A stretch of 64,000 nucleotides of DNA from Clostridiales bacterium (GTDB taxonomy: Bacteria; Bacillota; Clostridia; Oscillospirales; CAG-382), in NCBI GenBank assembly GCA_003452915.1, contig DMMZ01000027.1, forward strand, positions 10,273 through 74,272, in the 5' to 3' direction. The notes under the pieces were generated by a model, which saw only the letters and a list, made by a program, of their open reading frames with translations, made no database searches and was not told the DNA's origin. Below, in pieces: positions 8,055 through 17,379 of this stretch. Each line of letters starts with the position of its first letter. Position 1 is the first letter of the stretch. A program made the translations under genes and the position numbers.

Positions 8055-8450
8055 CTATATAATTACGGCGCCGTCTAAATTTGTAAAAACCTTTTGTTCA
8101 CTTATGTCATTACTGTCTAAGACAGTTATAACTACATTTGAAGGAACATTTACGATGAACGCTTTGTTGCTCATTAAAATTAATGAATCTTTAATCCCTT
8201 TGATATCCGCTGTTTCTATTGCCATGTTAAGTTTTTGAATTTCTTCTTCATTTAACTCAATATCTCGTTCATACATTCGTGTTACCGCATGCTTTGAAAA
8301 TGTTATGCTATTTGTTTTTTGTGCTTTGCTCAATATTTGATCAAAAGATTCTGTCGGAGAGTTTTGTTTTGGATCGATTTTTACATTGTTATTAAGTTGT
8401 GTGGCTTCAATTCTGGCTTTGTATTGCAGAAAAGTGTCGTCTATTTTCAT
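8055..8450 (-). CDS. Small flagellar-operon protein of unknown function (flgD-flgE spacer gene)
   Basis: 131 aa. It contains the FSKHAVTRMYERDI motif that I recall from the small 'flagellar operon protein' family found between flgD and flgE in Firmicutes and spirochaetes. This is from memory and was not searched. Confidence 0.6.
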   Translation of the reverse strand: MKIDDTFLQYKARIEATQLNNNVKIDPKQNSPTESFDQILSKAQKTNSITFSKHAVTRMYERDIELNEEEIQKLNMAIETADIKGIKDSLILMSNKAFIVNVPSNVVITVLDSNDISEQKVFTNLDGAVII

Positions 8451-8472
8451 TATTCTTTTATTTTCACCTGCC

Positions 8473-8883
8473 TTAACCGCTTATATCAATTATGTCTGAT
8501 AGCTGATAAAACCCGCCTTTTACGTAGATATATGGCACACCATCACTATAGCTAACCTGTTCAACATCACCTACAACAGTTTGTTCAATTCCCGATTCGT
8601 TAGTTTGAACTACACTAACTGATTTACCTATCAAAGATACTGCCATATTGGATTTAATTGTGTTGTTAAGTTCGCTTATCTGCGACAAGGAAGAAAACTG
8701 GGCCATCTGTGCGATGAACTGTGTATTATCTACCGTATCAAACATACTTTGATTTTCAAGCTGAGCTGCCATTAATTTAAAAAAGTCATTTATTCCTAGA
8801 TTGGAAGCGTCTGTTTTTTTTGCTGTTGAACTTGATACATAAGCGTTATTTGCCATTAATGCGTTAATTCCGTTTACAATCAT
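8473..8883 (-). CDS. flgD: Hook assembly/capping protein FlgD
   Basis: LGINDFFKLMAAQLENQSMFDTVDNTQFIAQMAQFSSLSQISELN is the FlgD N-terminal signature. The gene sits upstream of flgE. Confidence 0.87.
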   Translation of the reverse strand: MIVNGINALMANNAYVSSSTAKKTDASNLGINDFFKLMAAQLENQSMFDTVDNTQFIAQMAQFSSLSQISELNNTIKSNMAVSLIGKSVSVVQTNESGIEQTVVGDVEQVSYSDGVPYIYVKGGFYQLSDIIDISG

Positions 8884-8911
8884 TTAAAAGCTCCATTCCT
8901 TCCGATAAGAC

Positions 8912-10270
8912 CTAAATACTGTAATCTAAAATCCCTGCTCTGATTTTTGCGATTGTTATTGTCTTATCATTTTTTAATACGTTTGAATTGTTAAACATTG
9001 ATTCGTTATCATGTGAATAAGTTTTCTGATTGTTTTCTCTTCCGCCACTGTGCTGACCTCCAGAAAGCGTTGTGCCAATACGGTTTGTTTCCTGCTCAAC
9101 AGATATGTTAGAGAGCTGGTATGTTTTCGTATTGTTGTTTATTGATAATTCCAATTTCAAAGCTTCGATTCCCTCAGAAATAAGTTCTTTTGTAGATGGA
9201 AGCTCGGTTTTTATTGTTATATCAAACTTACCCGAAACATGCTTTAAATCTACAGTAACTTCACCTAATCCCTCAGGCTTCAACTTAATTTTAAATGTAG
9301 AATCTTTACCTTTAATAATCTCGGTTTTTATAGCATTTGTAAGTTGTGTAGCTACCTCTCGTGGTTTAACTTCAATGTTGCCTACCACTTCTGTTTTTTC
9401 GGGTGTTATTTTTGAAAAATTAAGTGCTTTTTCCTGCAAAGGCAATGTATTTTCTTGTTCTGTAACTTTTGTGGTCTGGATTTCTTTTTTTTCTAATGTT
9501 TCTTTTGAATAGGTATTCTTTTTTGTAGGCTCATAACTTTTCGTAATGTCTGAGTCGTTAAGTTCAATTTCTACTTTTTTGGAATAATTAACAGCAATTT
9601 TATTTGAGTTGTTATCAAATATTTGTTCATTTTCAACCTTTAAATTCTTTTCAACAACTTTTTTAAGCTGCACCTCCGCTATTGCTGGAATTTTCTGATC
9701 GGTTTCCAAGGTAGTTTCAGATGTTTTTGCCTGACCGGATGTTTGCTTTGCTGTATAAAAATTCTTTATTATCCTTGTTTCGATTTCACCTATTTCTGTC
9801 ATTGGAATTGTCGCGCTTGGACTTGATACGCTTGAACCTGTTGCACTTGTACTTGTTATGCATTGATTTGTTGTCCTTGATTTTATTTCGCTAGGACTTG
9901 TTACATTTGATATCACTGATGTTTGCTCTGATGTTTTTACAGTTATGTCAGTAATAGAAGCAATATTATTTCTAAAGTTTTTACTTTCTTTTTTTGAGGT
10001 AATTGGTATCGAATCTTGAATTTTTACGAGGTTAACTTTTTCACTTTCGATATTTTTATCTGTAACCATCTCATCTGGGATAATGTTTTTGACTGGTATT
10101 AATCCTAAAAGCCCATAATCAAGGTTTTTTGCATCATCTTTGATATTATAAAAGATGCTATCTTCGGTGTTTTTTACTTGTTCGGAAGTGTTTACTGCGT
10201 CGTCAAATGTTATTTCCTCAGATTCGACCGTTAAAGCACCTAACAAAATGTTACAAAATTCCATTAACAA
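8912..10270 (-). CDS. fliK: Hook-length control protein FliK-like
   Basis: Low-complexity S/T/E/K-rich body. The C-terminal LKPEGLGEVTVDLKHVSGKFDITIKTELPSTKELI resembles the Flg_hook domain. The gene lies between fliJ and flgD. The track start is a TTG, and the frame stays open upstream to 10366 with a GGAGG at 10371-10375, so the true start is uncertain. Confidence 0.7.
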   Translation of the reverse strand: MLMEFCNILLGALTVESEEITFDDAVNTSEQVKNTEDSIFYNIKDDAKNLDYGLLGLIPVKNIIPDEMVTDKNIESEKVNLVKIQDSIPITSKKESKNFRNNIASITDITVKTSEQTSVISNVTSPSEIKSRTTNQCITSTSATGSSVSSPSATIPMTEIGEIETRIIKNFYTAKQTSGQAKTSETTLETDQKIPAIAEVQLKKVVEKNLKVENEQIFDNNSNKIAVNYSKKVEIELNDSDITKSYEPTKKNTYSKETLEKKEIQTTKVTEQENTLPLQEKALNFSKITPEKTEVVGNIEVKPREVATQLTNAIKTEIIKGKDSTFKIKLKPEGLGEVTVDLKHVSGKFDITIKTELPSTKELISEGIEALKLELSINNNTKTYQLSNISVEQETNRIGTTLSGGQHSGGRENNQKTYSHDNESMFNNSNVLKNDKTITIAKIRAGILDYSI

Positions 10271-10393
10271 GTCGACGTTCTCGGTGGTTGGTTTAGATGT
10301 ACAACATCCTCCGTTTGCTCCAATGTTTAGAATGGAGTTGTTTACTGCTGCTGCATTAATTATAAAATCACCTCCTCATTGCTATATTTTTAT

Positions 10394-10840
10394 TTAAATA
10401 TTTATTATAGAGCTTGAGAAAGAAATTAACTCATCAATAAAAAGCTCCTCGTTCTTTCTTTCTGCAGCTTTATACTTTTCCAATTTACTGTCTTTGAGCT
10501 TCTCGACAGTTACCTTTTCTTTAGATATTTCAATTAATCTTTCAATCTGTTTATCTATTTGCATCTGTTTATCTGTCATTTTCTTGTGTAATAGTTTAAT
10601 TTGTTTCTCCAAATCTTTAATATATCTGAGTATAAAGGTTATGGCTGTTATGTTAATACCTTCTCGGCTGCTTTTTAAGTATTTTTGTATATAAAGTTCA
10701 TGTGTCTTTTTTAAATTTTCCAGCTGATTTTCAAGCTGGATATATTCCGACCGTAGAATTGCAAGAATATCTTTTTCTTTTTTTTGCATATGTATATTAT
10801 ATTCAAGCACCTTTTGGAGTGGAAAGTTGAACTTTTTCAT
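10394..10840 (-). CDS. fliJ: Flagellar export chaperone-like protein FliJ
   Basis: 148-aa coiled-coil protein (FPLQKVLEYNIHMQKKEKDILA) immediately downstream of fliI. Confidence 0.78.
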   Translation of the reverse strand: MKKFNFPLQKVLEYNIHMQKKEKDILAILRSEYIQLENQLENLKKTHELYIQKYLKSSREGINITAITFILRYIKDLEKQIKLLHKKMTDKQMQIDKQIERLIEISKEKVTVEKLKDSKLEKYKAAERKNEELFIDELISFSSSIINI

Positions 10841-10855
10841 TGAGTAAACTCCGAA

Positions 10856-12163
10856 TTATTTATTTATAATCAGTTCATTCATTAATTGCATAGTTTGTTT
10901 AAAATTAAACTTCTCATCAATACCTTGTTTTAGAAAAGCATTAATTCGGTCGATATTCTTTATTGCGTGATCTATGTTTGGGTTTGAACCGCTTTTATAA
11001 GCTCCGATACTGATTAAATCGTAATTTTCATAATATGCGGAAAGGATTGCTCTGATTTCCGATGAAGTTTGCATATGCTCAGGTTCCGCAATTTCGGTCA
11101 TAATACGACTTATACTCGCCAATACATCAATTGCGGGATAATGATTACGCATTGCAACCGCTCTTGATAAAACGATATGCCCGTCGATAATACCTCTTAC
11201 CGTATCCGAAATCGGCTCGTTTACATCATCTCCCTCGACAAGCACCGTGTAAATGCCAGTTATAGACCCTTTTTCGAATTTTCCTGTTCGTTCAAGTAAC
11301 TTTGGCATAAGTGCATATAGGGAAGGAGTGTAACCTCTCGCAACTGGTGGTTCACCTGTAGCTAATCCTATTTCTCGCTGAGCCATTGCAAATCGGGTTA
11401 ATGAATCCATCATTAAAAGTACATCCTTGCCTTGGTCTTTGAAATATTCTGCAATGGCTGTTGCTGTAAGTGCACATTTTAATCTCATCATAGCAGGTTG
11501 GTCTGAAGTAGCAACAACACAGACTGTTTTCGCCATTCCTGCTGCTTTTAAGTCTTTTTCAATAAAACCTCTGACTTCTCTTCCTCTTTCGCCAACCAGT
11601 GCAATCACGTTGACATCAGCTTCTATATTTCTGGCAATCATACCCATCAGTGTACTTTTTCCTACACCGCTTCCTGAGAAGATGCCCATTCTTTGTCCTT
11701 TGCCACAAGTTAAGAGAGAATCTATTGCCTTTACACCCATTGTAATCTGCTCGTCTATTTGTGGTCTTAAAAATGGATTTGACGGTGTGTTTTGCACCGG
11801 ATAATTTTTCTCGGTCTTTATTTCACCTTTACCATCAATCGGGTTACCAAAGCCATCGATTACTCTGCCAATAAGATGATCTCCTACCGGAATCTTCAGA
11901 AAATCGCCTGTAGATTCTACAATACTGCCTTTTGTAATTCCGTTTAAATCTTCATACGGCATTAGAAGAACTTTATTTTCTCTAAAACCTACAACCTCTG
12001 CACGTATATTAGCAGTGTTTTTTGAATTATAAATCTTACAGACTGTGCCTATATCGGTCGAAGGTCCTGTACTCTCGATAACCATTCCGACAATTTTATC
12101 TATTTTTCCCTTTATTACGACAGGATCGGTATTATCTATTATCTGATATAGGTCTTTAATCAT
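10856..12163 (-). CDS. fliI: Flagellum-specific ATPase FliI
   Basis: Walker A GSGVGKSTLMGMI, Walker B-region VLLMMDSLTRFA, and F1/T3SS ATPase-like sequence throughout. Confidence 0.96.
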   Translation of the reverse strand: MIKDLYQIIDNTDPVVIKGKIDKIVGMVIESTGPSTDIGTVCKIYNSKNTANIRAEVVGFRENKVLLMPYEDLNGITKGSIVESTGDFLKIPVGDHLIGRVIDGFGNPIDGKGEIKTEKNYPVQNTPSNPFLRPQIDEQITMGVKAIDSLLTCGKGQRMGIFSGSGVGKSTLMGMIARNIEADVNVIALVGERGREVRGFIEKDLKAAGMAKTVCVVATSDQPAMMRLKCALTATAIAEYFKDQGKDVLLMMDSLTRFAMAQREIGLATGEPPVARGYTPSLYALMPKLLERTGKFEKGSITGIYTVLVEGDDVNEPISDTVRGIIDGHIVLSRAVAMRNHYPAIDVLASISRIMTEIAEPEHMQTSSEIRAILSAYYENYDLISIGAYKSGSNPNIDHAIKNIDRINAFLKQGIDEKFNFKQTMQLMNELIINK

Positions 12164-12204
12164 TTAAAGTATCTTAACCTCCAAATAGCAACCACCGTTT
12201 ATTT

Positions 12205-12897
12205 TTAGGTATTAACAACTGATTTATATAGTGTTTCAAGCTGTGTATTTACACTTGCATCTGCAATTTTCTCTGTTGTTTCTACAATGCAGGTACCTCT
12301 GGGAGCGTTTTCCAATACTTCAATCTCAAGTCTTTCCGCACCGCCGACCATGTTTAACAAATATTTGCTATTTGAGGTAATAACCTCAACATCATATTCA
12401 GCTATACTTACTTTAAGCCATTTTTGAGCAACTAAATCCTTTACTGCTTTTTGAAAAAACTGCAAAATTATAGAATCATTTGCTTCTACCTTTTGACTGA
12501 TAATTTTCTCAGCAACCTTAAAAGCAAGATCGATAGCATTTTGCTTGTTGTCTTCAATAAGCTTGCTTTTTTGTTCGTCAAGCTTTTTTAATATTTGCTT
12601 TATCTCATTTAATGTATTTTGATTTTTTCTTTCAATCTCATCCATGGCTATTTCTATACCTGCTTCGTAGCCTGCTGCTTTGGCTTCCTCATAAACGCGT
12701 TCCGCATTTAATTGGGCATTGTCTTTTATTTTTATAGAATATTTGTTTGCTTCGTCAATTATTTTTTTAGCCTCTTCTTTTGCACGAATAGGATCGCTTA
12801 AGATTCTCGTAGATTTATTTGAATCCGGATTAAGATTATTAAACAAAATCTGACTGGATTCGACATTTATATTTTCATATTTTAATAGATTAGACAA
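12205..12897 (-). CDS. fliH: Flagellar assembly protein FliH
   Basis: 230 aa with a charged coiled-coil N-half. The gene lies between fliG and fliI and overlaps the fliG stop. Confidence 0.8.
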   Translation of the reverse strand: MSNLLKYENINVESSQILFNNLNPDSNKSTRILSDPIRAKEEAKKIIDEANKYSIKIKDNAQLNAERVYEEAKAAGYEAGIEIAMDEIERKNQNTLNEIKQILKKLDEQKSKLIEDNKQNAIDLAFKVAEKIISQKVEANDSIILQFFQKAVKDLVAQKWLKVSIAEYDVEVITSNSKYLLNMVGGAERLEIEVLENAPRGTCIVETTEKIADASVNTQLETLYKSVVNT

Positions 12898-13903
12898 TTA
12901 TCTCATCCTTTCGTCCTCTTGAAATATAAATGTCACCCGATTCTTCGAGAGTTCTGACAAGTGTAACAAGCTTCTGTTGTTTTTCCTCTACATCTGAAAG
13001 TCTTACACCGCGTAAATATTTTGATTCTTCTTCCATTGTTTCTTTCATACGCAACGACATATTTTCATAGAACTTGTCAACAACATCTTTATTGAGGCCT
13101 TTTAATGCAATAAGAAGATCGCTTGTATTAACATCCTGAAGGAATCTTTGAATATAAATTGATTCGAGCATTGCAATATCTTCAAATACAAACATACTAT
13201 TACGAATTTGCTCACTGAGTTTTGGATCTTTCTTCGATAGCTCTTCCATAATATATTTTTCTGTTCCTCTATCGACTGAGTTTAGCACCTCGGCTATGTA
13301 TTTTGTTCCTCCTATTTCGGTAAAACCCATAGTATCACTCATTGCCATTTTTCTTTCAATAAGTTTTTCTATATCTTTTACCACTTCGGGTGAAGTACTA
13401 TCCATCAAGGCAATTCGTTCAACAACATCAATTTGGATTTCACGAGGCAACTCGCTGAGAATTGCAGAGGATTGCTCGGTAGAACAATAAGATAATATTA
13501 ATGCAATTGTTTGCGGATGTTCGTTTTGTATAAGAATAAGCAGCTGCTTTGGATCAGCCTTATATATAAAATCAAAAGCTTTAACTTGAAGTGATTTGGT
13601 GATTTTATCAATCAAATCTGATGCTATAGAAGATCCCTTAGACTTTTCAAGTACAGCTCTTGCATATTCAATCCCACCTTCGGTCATATATGACTGGGCT
13701 TGGCATAATCCGTAAAATTCATCCATTGTTGATTCTACGATATCCGATGAAAGAGCTTGCATTGTAGCTATTTCAATTGTTAGCATTTCAATTTCTTCTT
13801 CATGAAGATGCTTGAAAACCTGAGATGCGTTTTCTATACCTAGAGAAAGTACAACAGTTGCTGCTTTTTTTAAGGATTCTGATCTTCTGTTTCTTAAGTT
13901 CAA
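12890..13903 (-). CDS. fliG: Flagellar motor switch protein FliG
   Basis: AATVVLSLGIENASQVFKHLHEEEIEMLTIEIA and a C-terminal MSLRMKETMEEESKYLRGVRLSDVEEKQQKLV, the typical FliG pattern. Confidence 0.93.
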   Translation of the reverse strand: MNLRNRRSESLKKAATVVLSLGIENASQVFKHLHEEEIEMLTIEIATMQALSSDIVESTMDEFYGLCQAQSYMTEGGIEYARAVLEKSKGSSIASDLIDKITKSLQVKAFDFIYKADPKQLLILIQNEHPQTIALILSYCSTEQSSAILSELPREIQIDVVERIALMDSTSPEVVKDIEKLIERKMAMSDTMGFTEIGGTKYIAEVLNSVDRGTEKYIMEELSKKDPKLSEQIRNSMFVFEDIAMLESIYIQRFLQDVNTSDLLIALKGLNKDVVDKFYENMSLRMKETMEEESKYLRGVRLSDVEEKQQKLVTLVRTLEESGDIYISRGRKDEIIV

Positions 13904-15483
13904 TTATTTTCGTCCTCCTTAATCCATACTCTCAATAATTGAGCAACTGTTTCGGGATTATTTGATGAATATTCCTTTATTTGACGTTTTAAAGCCTGTT
14001 CTCTTGTCTCATTAATAACAATCTCTCGGGGCAAATTTTGACCGGAAGAATTTCTGGATATAGCATCTTCAAATTTATCGTTTATAATGGATTTATTTTT
14101 ATTTTTCTTACCTGCTAAAGTTAATATTATAATGATAACGACTATTAAAATAAATCCTGCTCCAATACCACCGATAAGAATAACTTCTTTTGAATTTAAA
14201 TTTAATAATATACCACTTGAGTTTGTTTCTTCCGGGAATGATATTTCAGACACTTCAACAAATTCTGCGTTTGTAACGACAACCTTATCAATCGAGACAC
14301 CCGCGCTGTATGCTACAAGCTCTTTATACTTTGCCTTATTTTCATCGGAAAGCTCGTTTGAATTTATTATTACTGCCACAGAAACATCCGTAATATTTCC
14401 ACCATTATCTTGTATTACTTTTACAAGCTGGTTAACCAGATATTCTGCACTATAATTATCACTGGTTATGATACCGCTGTTTGACTCTTCTGTATCGTCT
14501 GATTCTGTATATATAGGAACACCATCGGTATTTGAGACAGTATCCGTATTTCCCGAATTAGTTGAATTATTACCGGTGGCTTTGCCTGTTCGCTCAACCC
14601 AGGAAATAATTCCATTATCACCGATTACGGGTGTATAAATTATTTCTTCGCTGGAAACCTTGCCAAAATCGACCTTAACATTTACAGCGACACTCATACC
14701 GTTTTCGCCGAATATGGGTTTTAAAAATTCTTCTATATTATTTTCGAATACATTATTGATAATATTAACTGTTTCTATTTTTAAATATGCGTTGTCAACG
14801 CCTTCTTCTGCTTGTTTAGAGTTTAATTGTTCACCCTGGCTGTTGATTATAGCTACTTTTTCTCCGCTTAGCCCCGGTACGCTATTTGCAACAAGCTGTT
14901 CGATGCCTTTTATCTGTTTCGAACTAAGTTCCGCATTAGAATATAATTCAAGTATAACCGATGCTGTTATATCAATTTTTTCATCCTTTAAAACATAGGA
15001 GTTATCTTCGGGAATACTTAAATTTACTATTGCACTATTTACACCTTGGAGCGTTTTTATTGAATTCTGAAGCCTGTCTTGAAGCTGAAAAACAAGCAAT
15101 TGCTTTTTTTCATAATCAGAAGTTAATAAGTCAGATTTTTCGGTAAAAATATCATAGTTTAACGTGCTTTTAGGATAACCTTCTGATGCAAGCTGCATTT
15201 TTAGCTTAGCTTCATCCAATGCAGGAACAAGCAAGGTACCATCATCCTCAACTTTTACATCAACTGCCATTTCTTCTAACAATGCAAAAATCTGTGCCGA
15301 TTCAACAGCCGATAAGCCACTGTATAAAACGGTATATTTACCGCTGTTTAATATTATCGAGATAATTATCGAGCCTGCAATAATTGCGCTCAAAGCTATA
15401 TAAACAAATAGCTTTGTGCCTTTTCCGAGCTTTTTATAAAAACTCCCTAACTGCTTAAAAATGCTTGTAATCGATAAATTCAT
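13900..15483 (-). CDS. fliF: MS-ring protein FliF
   Basis: 527 aa with an N-terminal TM helix, a periplasmic YscJ/FliF-like region (LYSGLSAVESAQIFALLEEMAVDVKV) and a C-terminal TM helix plus a FliG-binding tail. Confidence 0.9.
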   Translation of the reverse strand: MNLSITSIFKQLGSFYKKLGKGTKLFVYIALSAIIAGSIIISIILNSGKYTVLYSGLSAVESAQIFALLEEMAVDVKVEDDGTLLVPALDEAKLKMQLASEGYPKSTLNYDIFTEKSDLLTSDYEKKQLLVFQLQDRLQNSIKTLQGVNSAIVNLSIPEDNSYVLKDEKIDITASVILELYSNAELSSKQIKGIEQLVANSVPGLSGEKVAIINSQGEQLNSKQAEEGVDNAYLKIETVNIINNVFENNIEEFLKPIFGENGMSVAVNVKVDFGKVSSEEIIYTPVIGDNGIISWVERTGKATGNNSTNSGNTDTVSNTDGVPIYTESDDTEESNSGIITSDNYSAEYLVNQLVKVIQDNGGNITDVSVAVIINSNELSDENKAKYKELVAYSAGVSIDKVVVTNAEFVEVSEISFPEETNSSGILLNLNSKEVILIGGIGAGFILIVVIIIILTLAGKKNKNKSIINDKFEDAISRNSSGQNLPREIVINETREQALKRQIKEYSSNNPETVAQLLRVWIKEDENN

Positions 15484-15557
15484 AATCCTTGCTGTTACAT
15501 TTTACCGATCTAATTAGCATTGGTAAAATGCAATCCTTTCTGTTAACTAAATTTCAA

Positions 15558-15869
15558 TTACAGAGTAATACGCATTATCTCATTATAAGCATCAAGAGCT
15601 TTGTTTCTGACTTGAACCAGCGTTTGGATCGCCAGATCCGCTTTTGCCATGTCTATTGTTAAAGTATGTAATGCATCGGTGTCTCCGGATGCGATTTTTA
15701 AAGCATCTACCTGTACTGCTGCATCGGTATTATAAACATTTGCAACAGCGTCCTCCAACATATCAGCAAAGGGTATAAAACTTTCGTCCGTTTCCTGTGT
15801 ATTAAAGCTTTTTGTTATGTTATTTATTATTTCTGATGTATTGATACTGTTTATTGGGATAATTGCCAT
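15558..15869 (-). CDS. fliE: Flagellar hook-basal body protein FliE
   Basis: 103 aa with the C-terminal AKADLAIQTLVQVRNKALDAYNEIMRI, typical of FliE. Order is flgB-flgC-fliE. Confidence 0.87.
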   Translation of the reverse strand: MAIIPINSINTSEIINNITKSFNTQETDESFIPFADMLEDAVANVYNTDAAVQVDALKIASGDTDALHTLTIDMAKADLAIQTLVQVRNKALDAYNEIMRITL

Positions 15870-15924
15870 AATTTATATTCATACCTTTCATCGATATTCG
15901 ATTGCTTGTGGGTGGAAAATATAT

Positions 15925-16362
15925 TTACTGTCCTATTTCAAGAGCTTTTGTTGCCATATTTTTTACTGCGTTAAAAACTGTAATATTTGCTTCATATGAA
16001 CGGGATGCAGCTAACATATCAACCATCTCTTCTACTGTATTTATATTAGGTATCTCCACATAACCTTCTTCGTTTGCGAGTGGATTTTCGGGATCATATT
16101 CCAGCACGAACGCTTTATTATCCTCAACAATTGCGCTGACTTCAACGCCGCCGAAAGAAGATACTTCATTTATAGCGTCGCTGAGTTCTGCTGAAAAATT
16201 ATTGTTGTCTAATTTCTCAGAAAGCACAACCAGCTTTCTTCTATACGCACCTTCTGGCCCTTTAGTATTAGCATTTGCTAAGTTTTGTGATATAACTTCC
16301 ATTCTTAGCTTGTTTGCAGTCAAAGCAGAACCCGATATATTAAGTGAACTTAAGAATGCCAC
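15925..16362 (-). CDS. flgC: Flagellar basal-body rod protein FlgC
   Basis: LNISGSALTANKLRMEVISQNLANANT and the C-terminal SNV-type motif region. GTG start 7 nt after GGAGG. Confidence 0.92.
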   Translation of the reverse strand: MAFLSSLNISGSALTANKLRMEVISQNLANANTKGPEGAYRRKLVVLSEKLDNNNFSAELSDAINEVSSFGGVEVSAIVEDNKAFVLEYDPENPLANEEGYVEIPNINTVEEMVDMLAASRSYEANITVFNAVKNMATKALEIGQ

Positions 16363-16377
16363 GGCTTTACCTCCTTA

Positions 16378-16764
16378 TCATTTACCACCATTAATTGCAT
16401 ATTTTAATCTGTTTATCTGTGATGTTAATGAGCTTATCAAATAATCATATTGTATTTGTGCTCTTGCAAGTTCTATATTTTCGTAATCAAGATTAACACT
16501 ATTTCCATCTTCTTTTGTCGAAGCTGTACTATTTTCTGTTAAAACAGGCTCAATATTTTCGATTGCTCTTTTAACAGCACTGATATTATCATAATTATCA
16601 TTTAATAGATCCTTAAATATATTTTCAAATTCAATACTCTTCGTTTTATAACCTGGAGTCTCGGAATTTGCTATATTATTTGATATAACCTGTTGCCGCA
16701 ACCAAACTGCATCAAGGCTCTTTTGAAGCACATTCATGCTCACACCTTCTAAATAGTTACTCAT
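16378..16764 (-). CDS. flgB: Flagellar basal-body rod protein FlgB
   Basis: LRQQVISNNIANSETPGYKTKSIEF is the rod-protein N-terminal signature. It is the first gene of the operon. Confidence 0.9.
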   Translation of the reverse strand: MSNYLEGVSMNVLQKSLDAVWLRQQVISNNIANSETPGYKTKSIEFENIFKDLLNDNYDNISAVKRAIENIEPVLTENSTASTKEDGNSVNLDYENIELARAQIQYDYLISSLTSQINRLKYAINGGK

Positions 16765-17066
16765 AATATAATCATTCCTCTCTATTCCGGATCATTATGT
16801 TTATACAGATTTGAAGAGATTTATAAACAAAAACTGCATTTTTATACGTAAATTGTAAATAAAAAATCTCGCATTAAAAATGAACGGTAATTAACTATTG
16901 TGACACAATAAACACACTAGCAACACGTTTAGATATAATACGACATTATTCGACAATGTTAATCTTAATTACTATATTAAAAAACAATACTTATAAAAAT
17001 ATTTTAAATTAAATAGATGTATTTATTTTTATTAAAATGTAAGATTTATTCAATTATTTTATTATT

Positions 17067-17095
17067 AATATAGCATATTATTTAAAGGGTGTCAA
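17067..17095 (-). promoter_or_regulatory. Sigma-A-type promoter candidate for the flgB operon
   Basis: The minus strand reads TTGACA (17095-17090), a 17-nt spacer, then TATATT (17072-17067). This implies a 5' UTR of about 295 nt, almost pure A/T, before the flgB ATG. Confidence 0.5.
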
Positions 17096-17136
17096 TGAGT
17101 AAAATGATAAAAAATACATTTTTTTTAGTAATTAAC

Positions 17137-17163
17137 TAAACTATATTTGGTAACTGTCGATAT
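17137..17163 (+). promoter_or_regulatory. SigD/FliA-type promoter candidate for fliD-fliS-orf-motAB
   Basis: TAAA (17137-17140), a 15-nt spacer, then GTCGATAT (17156-17163), compared with the Bacillus SigD consensus TAAA-N15-GCCGATAT. It lies about 215 nt upstream of the fliD ATG. Confidence 0.5.
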
Positions 17164-17379
17164 ATATTCGCCAAAATTTATACCATAAATTAACTGTAAC
17201 ATTTAAGTCTTATAAATAAATCAAATTGTAGTTAAACCTTTATAAAAATTACACGATATATAATATAAAGAGTATAATTATTAAAATCATAACTTTATAA
17301 ATATTATTTTCTACTTTTTGTTTATTTTATCGATATTAATATTTACCGTCTAAAAAGACGAAAGGAAGGTTTTATAAAG

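Noticed and set aside
16765-17066. A c-di-GMP riboswitch or invertible flagellar switch in the flgB leader, as in C. difficile.
   Set aside because: The region is almost pure A/T. It lacks the GC-rich paired elements of GEMM-type aptamers, and I found no convincing flanking inverted repeats.
17320-17379. A second SigD-like -10 (ATCGATAT at about 17332-17339) and a hairpin-SD (CGTCTaaaaAGACGAAAGGAAGG) considered as a seventh leader-element copy before fliD.
   Set aside because: No TAAA -35 lies at the right spacing. The hairpin shares only the generic stem-then-AAAGGA layout and none of the conserved core blocks.
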